A program made the translations under genes and the position numbers. From assembly GCA_964252035.1 (NCBI GenBank), contig OZ176216.1: a stretch of DNA of 64,000 nucleotides. One strand, 5' to 3'. Positions 38,671 through 52,660 of this stretch are shown piece by piece (the stretch's first letter is position 1; the number at the start of each line of letters is the position of its first letter). The stretch comes from Podarcis erhardii (Eukaryota). A model generated the notes under the pieces. It was not told the DNA's origin. It ran no database searches and was given only the letters and a program-made list of their open reading frames with translations.

Positions 38671-41600
38671 GAGGATACCATGTTCGATGGTACCGAAAGC
38701 CACTGAGAGGTCAAGAAGAATTAACAGGGTCATGTTTCCCTTCTCTCTCCCTAGAGTCTGGACAGGGCAACCAAAGCAGTTTCTGTGCCAAAATCGGGCC
38801 TATCCTCTCGCCCCCCATTGAAATGGATGCAGAAAATCAGTTTCTTCCAAGGCTCCTGGATCTGGTCTCCTGTACTGTTAATGTCCCACAATTGCTCTTT
38901 TGATAGTCGCAGCACTGCCAGGTTGTTTTGCATTAGCTTAGCCTAGGAATTCCTTTGCAGCTTTCATTCTCCCTTCATATCACAAGTAACAGAAATCCTA
39001 GCATTTAGTAATTTCTAGGGTGTAGGGGGATCCCTCCCCCAATCTATAAAACCATTGAAAAAATCCCCTACCATGAGTCTGTGTTAACAGGAAACACAAA
39101 ATAAATGGGTTAAGCAACTTGCACTGCACACTATACTTCAAAGGTAATCTTCATTCACATCTCACTCAGCTGCCAACTGCAGCCATCTCCAGAGCTTCTT
39201 TTCAACTGAAGATAGCATTAAAAGGCCCTTTAGAATGCATTCTAATCAACTCTGCAAGCTTATGCACCATTACCAGTTATTCTTTTTTTAATTAAAAAAA
39301 AACAATGCTAAAAGCAAAAATGATTATTAACTCTAGGAAGGAAAGGAAATTAAAGTGATATTCTCACAGCCAACATCTTCTAAAAATGTTTCATTTGCTC
39401 TTGTTCTAGGAAGCTTCAAAGCAGAAAGACTTTTCTAAATCAAGATTTTATTTATTCTTTCAAAAGCTCTTTTCATTCTTAGCTTTCTAATTCGCTTTAT
39501 GAATCACAACACACTGAGTACTATATCTTTTTAAAAGCAAAAACTCTTAAGAGAGCAAGTTACTGTGAATAGATACAGATACAATTTTTATGTATGTTAT
39601 TTCACTGGACTTTTACTTTTTTCCTTGATTTTTTTTTTCTCTGAAAGTCAAATAATGGACTTACCAATCATTAATGGCACACACCTAGAGAGACTCAGTA
39701 GGTAAATAAGGAATTGTTCAGAATGGGTGTACCAGCTCCTGCAGCAGCACATCAAAATATACTGCACAATTTGGATGTGGGCACACTTTCGGGATTTGCC
39801 ATCTGATATGCAAGCAGTGTGCAGGCCCTCCAATGCAAATTAAAGCAGTAAACTGAGAAGAAGCCACTCAAAATTTTAAGAGTGCTGCATGATGGCTGTT
39901 TGAATTGGTACTATCCACAACCCACAGAGTTGAAACTATATTTCAAATTCCTACGGTCCAACACCTGACCTTTAGGGTGGTATCCCCCACCAGATTTGGG
40001 GGAGAAGAGAAAGAACTTTCCAGGAAGTTTTGAGCCTCCTTTGCTAACTTCATATTTTAACAAAACTTTAGAGAGCCAGGAGACCACAAACCTAAGGTTT
40101 TGTTTCCAGCTCATCCCATGTACAAAAGAATAAGTGTTGGGCAATGCAGTATCTCACAGAGATTAGTCAAAGGCTCCTGCCCATTATGTCACAACCCAGC
40201 TGAAGGGAAAAGCCTAGTCTCAGGATGTTCAAATGTCCATTTCCAGCCATATCTCCACTAAAAGCAGCTTTTTGCTTATTTTGGGCATTGGCCCTCCATG
40301 CAAAAGAGCCCAGGTTTACATAAAAAGAGTATAAGGAAGACAATGGCAACAAGAGTAGATGATACTGGGAGATGTCATCCAAAATGAAGGTACCTTATTC
40401 CAAGTCAGACTGTTGGTCTATTTAGGCCAGTATAATTCATTCTCATTGACAGAGGCTGCTCCATATTCTATTTACATCATTATGCCAGGGATTGAACCTA
40501 GAACCTTATGCCCCAGAGGACCCTCATAGGGAAGAAATGACATAAAAAAGAGGGGGGAAAGGTAGTGTATCTGCCCAGACTTCATCTGAACTTGGGTGGC
40601 AGAAGGGAAACAGAAGTTCTTTCCAGGTTACCAAACACAGTATGGTTGGATGCTTCTGGATCTCATTTCTAGGCAGGGCAGAGTATAGGTTGAAACTTGT
40701 AAGCAAAGTGGTTTGGAAAGTAGCATCACAGGTTAAAGCAACTTCAAAATGGATATGAGACACCCCACAATACAGTACAGATACAACATGATGTCACTTG
40801 CTTTAGACTACGCTTGATCTGCACAATATGTTCTGACCAAAGCATTTGTTTACTTGAATCCCTAAACGATAAGTAGTTTGGAGGTGAAACGATGACATTA
40901 ATCTTGTTCCAAACATAGGCTGCCATCCTCATGCTATTTAATTGTTTGAAGTCCTGTTGAAATGTATGCTTTAACAGAAAAGTTTTAAAAATCCAATAAT
41001 CCTTATTTGCAGATCTCAATACCTTTACCATTCCCTCCATCCAATAATTTGCAGATTGGCATTTTTTTATGCCAGCTGCAAATTCAAGACAACTGACTTA
41101 TTTAATCCAATACAGTAGCTTAAATGAACACTCCCCAACCATCTTCTTCCCCTCCACAGTTGAAAACTAATTCTAACCCATATTTATCTTTGTATGAGAC
41201 ACCAAGGCAATTTGACTTAAAAACAAAAGAAAAAACTGCATACACTGTCAGCTATTTCCTCCGCCATTCAAACCCTACTCCCCTGCAAAAACCAGAAACC
41301 TAGCAGACGTTTTCCTAATGCTACCTGGATCTGGCAGCTTCAGTCAAAGGATGCTCTGGCATGAGAGCATGAGATATTGAAGTTATCTGAGATACCACAT
41401 GATTTGTACTTGTACAAATTGGAGCTATCTGGGTGACCAGAGTCAGCAGTTACCTGGTGTGGTTGCTAGGATAAAGAAACATGAGCTCTAGACAAGCATA
41501 TAGTAGCTAGGAGCCAGCTGTTCAGCAGATGCATTAATCTTCAGCAAACAGATTTCATTCCTTATTCATCTCTTTATTAGAGGCCTCAAAGAATATTTCC

Positions 41601-43180
41601 AAGGAAGCATACTGTGTTTAGGATGAGGCTTCTAAACACTGCACAGTACTAATAGGTACTGATAGCTAAGGTACATTACAGCCTATGAATTACTTGCAAA
41701 AAAATGAAATGCAAAGACAATGTTTGGAACGTGATGCTATCATTTTCCATCTTCATAAAGGGATAGTCTGGAAAGGAGACCACACAATTTCTCACTGTGC
41801 ATCACAGATAAACCAATTCCAAGGTAAGGAGCTACAGTACGTCTATTTTTTAAAAATCTTCAAGGTCTTCAAAAGGTACATTTGGCTGAGTGGCCAATAA
41901 ATTAAGTAGACCACAGTTGAGAGATGAGGATCAGGATATGTGATCACAAACTTACACCTGCAGCTTCTCTTGCACATAGATTCCTTCTGTACTCCTCTTG
42001 CCAACCCTAAGTATGTTTAGCTGTTATGCCTGTACGAGCATTAATCCTATTTAGGTACAGCAGGGGAGAAGGGGGAATTCAGGCACGAGAGAGAAGGGGA
42101 ACATGCAATAATATGTATATAATGCTTTCAAGTGTTTAGAATGCTTCAATCAAATCAGCATAAACATCCAACCTAGACCAAAATTACTGTTTAGTTTTAT
42201 GCGAACAAGCTGCTCAGTTAGAAGCATCTGTTTCTGCGTTAGTTCAACAAGGTCAAATTGTAGTTCATTTATAATGTAAATGATGCTTCATTTAAGCAAA
42301 TCAAGATCAAACCATGGTTTCTGATCCTGAATTGTTCCCGAAAACCAGAGTTTAAGCCAACGGTTCTCAAAGGGTGTGGGGCACAGGTGTGGCAAGAGAG
42401 GGTGGCAAGTGTGGCAGGAGAGGATGGTAAATGTGGTGAGAAGATTCAAGATGAAGCAAAGAAACATTTAAACACTTCAGCGTAGTATACTATAGCATAG
42501 TATCAAAAAATTATCACATTATTAATTTTGCTTATTTGCAGAATATGGAAAAATATGTTTTCAAAATGAGAACAAGAGCATCAAGTGATACTGAGGACAA
42601 TCCTAGTTGCGATCCAGAATCGCCATTCAAACAGAGTGCTGGAGAACAGCACTGGCTATTCTTCTACAGGGATTTTCAACTCTGACAAATATGAAATATC
42701 AGAAAACAGAAAGGAGAAATCCCAGAGTTACTATTGCACCATGGCTAGAACAATTTCCAAGTTGGATTCATTAAATGGCTTATTTTATACTGTCCACAAG
42801 ATGGATTGTTCCAGTAAGCTCCCATTTTACAACATATCAAATCCAATGGTTAAAAACTGCCAATTTAGCTGCAAAACAACAATTTTACTACATGTAATTC
42901 AATTTAAAAGTAGTGAATAAATTCTACTGCCTCACTAACAAAGCTGATCTTATTAACAATAACTCTTTTTTTAATGTAACGAATTCTGAACAACAAAGCT
43001 CTAATCACGGAGTTTAAAATCTAATGTTACTTGGAACTGGACTTTGAGACTTGCTGACATAGGATTTTCGGGCACATTATTAAATTACAAAACCAGTTGC
43101 TTAACATTTTAGCATGACAGTCATCATCCAAAACAAGGGATTTAATCCAACTGCAATATCCAAGGGATTAAAGCATAGTA

Positions 43181-43410
43181 CAGTGGACGCTCGGGTTGCG
43201 AACGTGATCCGTGCGGGAGGCACGTTCACAACCAGCAGCGCCTGCAACCCACAGCACCGCTTCTGTGCACACGCAGGTTGCGATTCGGCGCTTCTGCGCA
43301 TGTGCGAGCACCAAAACCTGGAAGTAACCCGTTCCGGTATTTCTGGATTTTGGCACGTCCGTAACCCGAAAACGTGCAACCTGAAGCGTCTGTAACCTGA
43401 GGTATGACTG
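43181..43410 (+). mobile_element. Tigger/pogo-like MITE, copy A (230 bp)
   Basis: TA-CAGTGGACGCTCGGGTT...AACCTGAGGTATGACTG-TA. Confidence 0.82.
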
Positions 43411-43648
43411 TACCTCGGGTTACAGACGCTTCAGGTTACACATTTTCAGGTTGCGCACCGTGCCAAACCCGGAAGTACCGGAATGGGTTACTTCCGGGTT
43501 TCGGCACTCACACATGCGCAGAAGCGCTAAATCACTCTTTGCACATGCACAGAAGTGCCGAATCACGACCCGCACGTGCGCAGACGCGGCACTGCAGTTG
43601 CTAACGTGCCTCCCACACAGATCACATTCGCAACCCAAGGTTCCACTG
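43411..43648 (-). mobile_element. Tigger/pogo-like MITE, copy B, inverted and abutting copy A
   Basis: Reverse complement aligns with copy A along its length; right end TTCCACTG-TA; about 6 nt of the inner TIR missing. Confidence 0.8.
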
Positions 43649-46600
43649 TACACACAAGATGGCAAAGTGAAGGCAAAACAGAAACATGTTGCTATCCTCA
43701 CCTGATAAAATAGCCTCCAGGAGACAGTTGGGGTTTCACTGAATTAAAAGTCAACAATTACATATCCAGGAATTTAATAGCCCAAACCTGAAGTTCAGAC
43801 CCTACTGCTTTCCCGGAAGCAGTGGAAGAGTTACAATTTGTATTAGAACTCCAAGCAACTCGCTGTTCAAATCCTTCAGAGATACCAAGTCTACAAAATG
43901 GATTTGAGAGATGCCAAGACCTACTGCTTGACATTTCAAATGTAAGTCGTAGTACTTTTAACAAGTGAGAGCCCTTTTAGCTGCAATGCTAAAATAAAGG
44001 ATATATGAGCATTTATGCCTTAAATATAATGACAGATTCCAGCAGGTGATTTGAATAGTTGAAATAATGAGGACAGTTGATTATACAAATTGATTATACA
44101 ATAAGACTTTCTGGTTTTTCATCATATGTCAGGGCTGTGTTTTTGCCATACACATGGAGAAAGTTTGGAAGAACACCAGCTTTCATATAAATAAATAAAA
44201 GAGCAAGTTTCTAGGTCTTATGGTTGGACAGATCAACTTGGAAGTATGGCCAACGCCAGATTAAAAAAAACTAGAGCTGAGACATGAGAAAATTTGATCT
44301 CTCTCTCATTACCCTACAAAAATAAGGACACTGCAGAATTTCTGTTACCATTCACCACCCAAAAATGCCCAGAATGCCCAGGATGCTGTGGAGATTGCAG
44401 AATGGTGGCCAGCAGAATTGCCAACACAGCTTCTGCCACTTGGGGTGGGGAGTGAAGAAGAAGCTGTGTTCTTGCCACTGCTAATAGGGAGCTCCACTCC
44501 TGAGAATTTTTTGAAGAATTGATCTTCTCCTAACAGAGAGTAAACATCACCATGTTTGGAAGGGCAACCCCAACAGCCAATTCACCTAATTAAAGTTTTC
44601 CACTCACTGGTACACACTTGTAAGTGATTCCCATATTAAAATGTAACACATTAACATGATCTGCTTTCTCTACAAGTCACGCACTATGAATTTCTGGAGC
44701 CATTTGTAATTTAAATGGTAGTCCTTCGAAGTGTCTTTCATACAGGCAATTTGGAAAGCAGGCAATTTTCAAGTTCTTAAACTGGAACATCTGTTTCCAA
44801 GAGTCATTTCTGTCAGAAAGAAATGTGGCATGTAGGCTGTCCTCATGGGGCCACTACCTCTCTCTATACTGGGGGGGGGGGGGGGAGATGGTGGTACTGT
44901 ACTTCAAAAACCATAAAGTGTTAACATGCCAAATTTGGCAATGTGAGGTAACACATACCACTGGGCTAAGAATTGACTATGTTTTCACTATTAAGCAATC
45001 AGAGATGGTAAAGCACAAGTTACTGACTTAAGAATTGTGTTTAGTTGCTTCACCACTGAGAGTACCAATTACAATTTATTTTTTACACAGTATTGGGAAA
45101 CAGCTCAAAAAACAAGTAAGGAGCAGGTACATATAACGCCAAGCAGGAGATTCATGCCATCTCCAGCACCTATGTTTACATTTGTGCAATAGTATTTAAA
45201 CTGGATTTAAATACATGTGGTATATCTCTTTCACACACCCTTTTAGTCCTATCAAAGGTTATACACAGACGAGCAGACAGTAGTAGTTTTAACTCCTGTT
45301 GCACATGGGACAACATTCCCATGATCCAAAGGTATTTAATACTACCACTCGTGATAATAACATAGCTGTCAACGTTTCCCCTTTTTTAAGGGAAATTCCC
45401 TTATTCTGAATAGGATTCCTCACAAGAAAAGGGAAAAGTTGACAGCTATGGATAATAAACTTAAAGAACAATAGCACCATATGTACACCCATTCGCCATC
45501 AGCACCTCGGTTTTCACTCCTTAACAAGATATGTCTGTAGCCAGTTTTCCAAGTTATCACCATCGGTATAACATACATTTCAGCATTATCACTGCGCATT
45601 TGGGGAGTTCCTGCCTCCATTCTTCTGAAATATATATATGACTTACACGTTATTCCCTGAGCAGTGACAATATTTGGCTGTTTAGATATTTGACCTTAGT
45701 TGCACAGTGGCTGCATTTCATTTGAAGATCCTCTAAAATCAGTAACCATGGAGACCAAGTTGAGACAAGTTCCACGTACAAACCTCCCCCCACCCCTTTT
45801 GTCAGTCAAGAAAGATTCCCAGAGCATGTTATACAATGATTATAATGCATCACAAGATAGACAGGTGTCCTTTAGGGGGAAAATAGGCTTTGGCAAGCAG
45901 CAAGGAAGGTGTCTAAGGTCCCTGGGGTGTCTATAGATGCCATTCTGTGGGCCTCAAACATAAGATATTAGCAATTCATGTGTGCGTGCATGGCATGGAC
46001 TCTGGTGCTTAGCTTGTCCTTCCCCAAAAAGGGGCCAAAATGAGCTGTAGGTAGACTCAGGGGCGCACCAATCATAAAAATTTCACCACAGACATAGTTT
46101 AGCCCTTGTAATGATTAGATAAGGGACTTAAACCAGTTCGCTGTTATTTAGACCTCTAAAGTAAAACAAAGCATGAACCTGTCTTCCAAGGATGAGATGG
46201 CAAAGCGATGTTACTTTTATAGCGATTAGTATCCAGATTCTTAAAGTATAAAAGTGCAATTCCTCTGTCATCTCAATAGATGGTTTTGGGCCATGGACTT
46301 TTATACCACAATAAATCTTTCAGTTTCATGGTACCTTAATGACTCTGTTGCATTTACAAATAAGATTCCCAGAGAACAGTAGCAAAAAACCTAAGCAAGG
46401 TATTCATTTGCTAGTGATTAATTAAGGGGCATCAGTACAACAAGCCCTAGGGGAAGAATTCCAAACAACTAGAAGCCTTCAGCCAAAGTACTGGCTTGTT
46501 AGTTCAAATCAATATAGGAAATTCAGCATCATCCACAGTTTTCTGAGGGTCTTTTGGTCCTTGCTGTTCCCTTAGGGTTGTCAGGGTCACAATGCTGCAG

Positions 46601-48928
46601 TATCAACAGAAGTCACTTCTGGCAGAATACTCCAGGCCCAGGGGATCTAAACTCTAGAAACCCTATGCCCCCTTGGTGCAGTTCTCCAAATGCCCCCTTG
46701 CCCATCTGCTTTCTTTCTGAATATAGCCTCTTTGGTCTCTAACTTCTTTCAACTTCATGCCTCCTCTACCCATTATTTTCTCAGTTTTTGGTTGCTAAAA
46801 GCAAAGGTCTACTTGGTCTCACTTTAACTCCTTTTCTCTTGATCAGCCTACTTAGCACACCCTCCTCCAGATTTTTAAAATGTTGCCCTGCTGCAAACCT
46901 CTCCATTTGACTCAGTTCTCTGTTCCCTCAGGCCCCTTCCTCCCACCAAATTATATTGTGTACTGAACTTTCTCCCACATTTCCCTCCCTTCATTTCCTA
47001 CTGTGTACTTAGCCCACTTACCTCTATCCTGTCCAGCTTTCTGATCTCCTGGAACTTCTTCCCAGTCCTCTGTGAGGGTTTTCATCTTAGGGAAACCCAA
47101 CACAAAGTGGTTGCTGTTAGCAGACACACATATTTCTCCTGGGACACCTAAACTTGCTCTTGATAAAATTTTGATTTCATTCTCCTTTTTAAAAGCACAG
47201 TTTGCAAAATTCAGCCATTATAAGCCCAATACCACATTGGAAAGCAGTGGGTAGTCATCTCCATTACTCAGTCGCTTTTACAACCTTTTCCTTGTAATTT
47301 ATTCTTGCTGCTTGCTAGAGCTTAAGTTATATATTTTTATGAATGTTAGCCACAGACATCTACTCTTTGTGTGAATTCACCCTGCTTGACATAAATAGCT
47401 TGTGTTTATAGTGCAAGTACCTCAGCTCAGGGGACCTACTTCACAAAATTGAATCTAATTGCCACTTCAGCCCACAAGAAAGGCGAACAACCCGTCCAAA
47501 GCAGCAAGCTACAACCTTTTTACAAGAGGAGACCTCAAAGAACTGAACAATCAGAACAGTAAATTCACATTCACAACACAAGGACAAGATGGGGTGCAAT
47601 AGCAGATAAAATTAAGCGGTGCAAGGCCTACCCAATGAATAGGGAAGTCTACAGCCATTAATATGCTATTTTAGGCACCATTCTTTACTGACAAGACATA
47701 AAATTGTTATATATATGGTAAACTCTAACATGTCCTTGCCTCTAGTCTAGCAGAGAAATGCCCAGCTCAGCCATGAAGACCCAATAAGTTAGCTTGGGTA
47801 AGGCAGCCCCCCTCAGTGTCCTTCCAAGAAGGCACTTGATGCTGCACTTGAATTAACACCACTCCATACTACTTTGGATATTACAAGAGGTGTCAACAAC
47901 TCAGTAATGTGGAGAGGAATGTTTTCCAAAATGGAAAATTATCCATTCTTTTATTTTTCCACAGAAAATTTTCCATTTCTTAAGTCCATCAGTTAATGAT
48001 GAGCAGGTGTCAACTGAAAATACAATGGCAGTTTCCACATTTTTAGCATTGTTTACTAAATACATGTCAAATAAATATTCCAAATTAGATCACTCTCTAG
48101 TGTGAACTGTTCCTATGCAAATTAGCCTAATTCAAAACAAATCTAGAAAAACTACATCACTTCAGGAACAAATTTACAGGGTTTCTAATAACTTTCCCTA
48201 CACTTTCAGCATACGAGTCCCGTATAACTTGAGACCAAGCAAGTCAAATGAAGCACAAGAGCCATGTATGGTGGTCTACCAGAGGCTCAGTCAAAGTCTA
48301 GCTTTTGCTGCCAGGGACTATAAAATCAATAAGATTTGTCAAGTACCTGCGAGGTCACAGTACATAGCTTACAGACTAAGTAAGTGAGGAGCTACATTTA
48401 ATCATGTTCCTCGCAAGCAACTGAACACTTTTCCAGTAAATTTCAGAAGAAATGTTAACATCATAAGGCCAGCCTTAATCATAATTTGAAAACTGAATGT
48501 GTAGCCTAATAAGTACTTTTAAACAATCCAAAATAATGTGGCATTCATATCTCTGGATGAGACATTGTCTTCAGTAATAAATATTCAAGTGTGGATTATG
48601 CTTACACAATGGTGTATTTATGGAAAATGAGCTTAACAATGGAATTACTGAGTACAAGAACTAGATGATACATACACACACCACTAGCTTAAAGTGACTT
48701 ACTCATGTCACAGCCTGATATTTACTATATTTGTTCTTCCATGTACTATGGAGTTTTAAATTAGAATCCAGAGTTCTTCCAATTGATTTTCTTGCCTTAT
48801 GTGTACCCAGAATAATCCTTTAAGCAAACTCTTCCTCACAATTTCAGCCTCAGGTAGGTTAGACAGGGAAAGTAAAATCTACCAGGGTGCTGCAAAACTG
48901 CACCCCCCCAATACACAACCTTCACTGA

Positions 48929-49055
48929 CAGAATCATAGAATTGTAGAGTTGAAAGGGACACTAAGAGTCATCAAGTCCAACCCCCTAGGTGGGCTTGAA
49001 CCAACAACCTTCTGGTTAACAGTCAGAAACACTGACCCATTATGCTGCAGGAGGG
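48929..49055 (-). mobile_element. tRNA-derived SINE with a CR1-type tail
   Basis: AGAATCATAGAATTGTAGAGTTGAAAGGGAC tail; GGGCTTGAACC reversed B-box-like motif. Confidence 0.65.
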
Positions 49056-49893
49056 CTCAGTTAATCATTTCTAATTCTAAAGTTGCCCATTAGTTTAATA
49101 TGAACATTTCATTTTATAAGGTCATTGTGCAATAAAATGCCACAAAATAAAGTGACTAAGGGTTGCAATCCTGACATCACTTACCTGGAAGTAAGCCCCA
49201 TTGAATTTAAAAGAACTTACTTCTTAAAAGACATGAGTAGGACTGCGTTGTGAATTATTGTTGGCAAAGCATTCATTTAAGGTAGCCCAGACCAAGAATG
49301 AAACATTTAAGAAAGGGTTTAATATTATTAAACAGGAGTAATCCACATTAAGAAAAAATCAGTGCAAATGTCTTGGGTCCCCATCTCCCCCACCCCCAGC
49401 AAGGTAAGTTACTGTCACAGACTTCCTTTCTTGTTCCAAGCCAGAGAGCCAGGCAAAAATGGCATAGAATAGAAGCATGGCCTGGAGAAGGGGAATGGCC
49501 TAGGAAGGGTCCCAAGGGCCGCATGTGGTTCGCAGGCCTAAAGTTCCCTGCCCCTGTTCAAAGTAAAGCTAGGGGATCACTGATTTTATTTGAAAACAGA
49601 AGAGATGCTGAGTAACTACTACAGATGTGTAGTAAATACAGAGACCCTCTAACAAGACTCCATGTTGATACTCAGTGGAAGCCTCTGCAAGTTATCGTTG
49701 TCTTTTGAGATTCAGGACTAGGCCATGATACTGGAACTGAACACGGTTCAACCTTGGGCAGTGGAAAGGACATTTAAAGAAACTGTAACTGTCCAAATTC
49801 TTTTTGTATTCCTCACACCCATACTTGAGAGCTAAGACATTCTGGCTGGGCTGCTTAGTGCATTTGTGATACAGCTATAAAGCAAGATGATCC

Positions 49894-50201
49894 CAGGGTT
49901 CGAAATTAGCAGAGCACCAGGCGTATTTTGCGCCTAAAATTTCTCCATTTGCGAGCACCTCAAAATGTCTGGGTGCCATTTTTTGCACCTGACTGACACT
50001 CAAGGATTACTCAAATGTATGTGATTTGAAGCCTCAAAGTATATGTTAGGGATAGACAATACGTTAAGGAGTTTAACAATAAAGAATAAAGTGTTGCCGA
50101 CCCGCCTCCCCAGTGGTGACTAGACATTCTGTTTTGGTCCCACAACCCAGGTCCCAGAAGTCATTTGGGTCCTAGCTTTTCTACCCCCGTTTCTAACCCT
50201 G
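49894..50201. mobile_element. hAT-like non-autonomous element (308 bp)
   Basis: TIR CAGGGTTCGAAA / TTTCTAACCCTG; 8 bp flanks GATGATCC/GATCACCC (6/8). Confidence 0.72.
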
Positions 50202-52214
50202 GATCACCCCAATCCCAACATATAAAAACCAACATTGTGGGAGTTGTCCACAGTCATGCAGCACCTGCTGCCCACAGCACTCTGCTTGAAACTATATTAG
50301 TCACTGGGTCATGAAAAAAGGGATCAGCAAGTGTTAGTTGCTAACTCAGAGATCTGTGTAGCAAATTTAGTGCTAGTGGCAATGGGAGCTACTTTGAGGT
50401 ATGGCGCAGTGCATGCAGACCCACTGTCTTTTTTCCCTCCTCAAAGAAACCACCTAAAGTCCCTTGTTGACCAGGGACTCTATAAAACTTTATCTATAGC
50501 CATACAGTTTATCCAAACGTTTTCACAAGGAGGGAATGGGGCACATTTAAATACTTCAATCAGTATACGTGTTGTGGGGAGGGGGACAGAATGCACAAGA
50601 ATGAACTCAAAAGGGAGGGGGAAATCACATTTGAAATATAAATACCTCATGAAAAACTAATTTTGGTTCCCAATATAGTTACAAGCTGTTCAGCTATAAC
50701 ATTTGCAGAAGAACTGAAACAAATATTGGATTCTGTCAAATATTGGATTCTGTGTGTACTGCCAACATACAATTACCCAGACACAAACAATATAAGACCT
50801 GAAAACGATGTACTAGAACAAAACAATCAGGTTAGTCATAAGACTGACCTGGACATTTTTTTCCGAACACTGACTCATCAAAAGAGACTGGTCTACAACC
50901 CCTGGAAAGAATTTTTGGGGGTGGGGGTGGGAGAAATGAAGAAACAAATGAGGCCTTCCATGTTTCTTCATTCTTAAAGTTTGCAACTAGAATAACATGC
51001 TTGCAGTTTAACAGATCAACACTTCATTGTATGACCTGACAGTAGGCAGCAAGGGCTTGTAACACAAAGTAACTTAAATTAATATACTAGTCTTTGTTCA
51101 TAAAAACCCAAATATTTCAGCATTTGTCTTCTGAATGTTTAGGCCAGTTTGCTATTAATCAGGGCAGCAGAAGTACAGTGTGTTGTATTCATTGTAAACC
51201 CTACTCAGAGCAGACCCACTGAAATTAATAGGTATGGCTGAGTTCATTAATTTCTTTTAAGTCTACTCTGAGTACGATGAAACTAAGCATCTGCTATGAG
51301 AGACTCTAGAAATCAGGCTGCTCCTTATTCAGCCTTTTGCATGAATGTTGTTTGAAACTGGTTCGTGACTCAAACAACTGATGCCATTGTCTAAGAAGCT
51401 GCAGTGTCCCCAACCCAGAAATGATTCTTTCTAGGATTAAGGCATGCAATGAATACCTTTCCAGTTTGCATTCGTATACTTAAAGGCATTATATACCTGA
51501 TTTATTCAGCAAGGCTGGTGGGGGACACTGAATTTCTGTACCTGAAACAGGCTCCCCCCAATGTTCATTAAGTAAAAACTTGCAAACAGGCAAACACAGC
51601 TTTTCAATTAGGTTACATTTATGTTAAATGGGATTCTGATCTATCCTTGTAGGATGATGATGGAAGTCACAGCCCCCAAGGAATTTAGATAGGGCATTCC
51701 TTGAATACCAGGACAGCCTCATAAGAATGTGGCATGAATAATTCTTAAATAGCACAGCCATCAGAATTAGGTTCAATATATACACTGCTTTATCATGTGC
51801 TCATTGAGGCGCTGCACCCTTTGCCTCAGGCACTCCTATGGTTTCCCTCCAAGCAACAGAGGATCAAGCTGACAGACTCAGTTAGTCAGGAAATCCCTGT
51901 TCATCTGCACTAGATGTGCCAGACAAAAGTACTCGCTACACCATCATACAGACAGACAGAAATTCAACACAGCGATTTAGTTTTAAAGTAGTACTCCATG
52001 GGTTTGTCTGCAGGCATTTAAATAGTTGCTACTTGTGCTAACCTCAAATTTAGTAGCATCTATGCTAAACACAGGAATTCATGAAGACATCACAGCAAGA
52101 TCTGTCTTCAACTTTGAAGTATCGAAGTACCTGGTAGGGCTGTCAGATGAAATATTGCTTCAGAAAATCTGTACTGCTTTTTAATGCAAAACTGTATCAA
52201 ATAGCTATGGCTTT

Positions 52215-52660
52215 TTTTCTTACCTGCCCTTCACCAGAGGCAGGTTACAACAATATAATGTACAACTATAAAAACAAATAAAACCATTCCAATATAAAAC
52301 AAGGAAAACCATTCTAAATGGATCAGAACAGTATAAATTCAACAAATAACTGAACCCCACAAAACAAAACACCTTACCTGTCAAAACCAGAAAAAAAGAT
52401 GTGCATCTTCAGCATGTAGTAAAATTGTACTATACAATGAGGATGCTAGACACACCTGTGTGTGGAAGAAATTCCACAAGCAAAGTCTGCCACAGGGAAA
52501 GCTCTCTCCCAGGACACCAACCCCAGAACTTCTGGAGGGTGGAGGAACTATCAGCAGAAACCCCTCTGAAGATCTCAACTTCAGAGAAGGTGAATAGGGA
52601 TGCAGACAGTTTTTCAGACAGGCTTTAAACACTAATATAAGCACCTTTAACTGGGCTCAG
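52215..52660 (-). mobile_element. L2-type LINE 3' fragment
   Basis: TTACCTGCCCTTCACCAGAGGCAGGTTACAA terminus; minus-strand translation ILVFKACLKNCLHPYSPSLKLRSSEGFLLIVPP resembles an L2 ORF2 end. Confidence 0.65.

Noticed and set aside
43101-43705. Six overlapping ORFs
   Set aside because: By-product of GC-rich palindromic MITEs; no transposase motifs.
50720-50753. 17 bp tandem duplication CAAATATTGGATTCTGT
   Set aside because: Ordinary slippage duplication; a similar one lies near 44077-44101.
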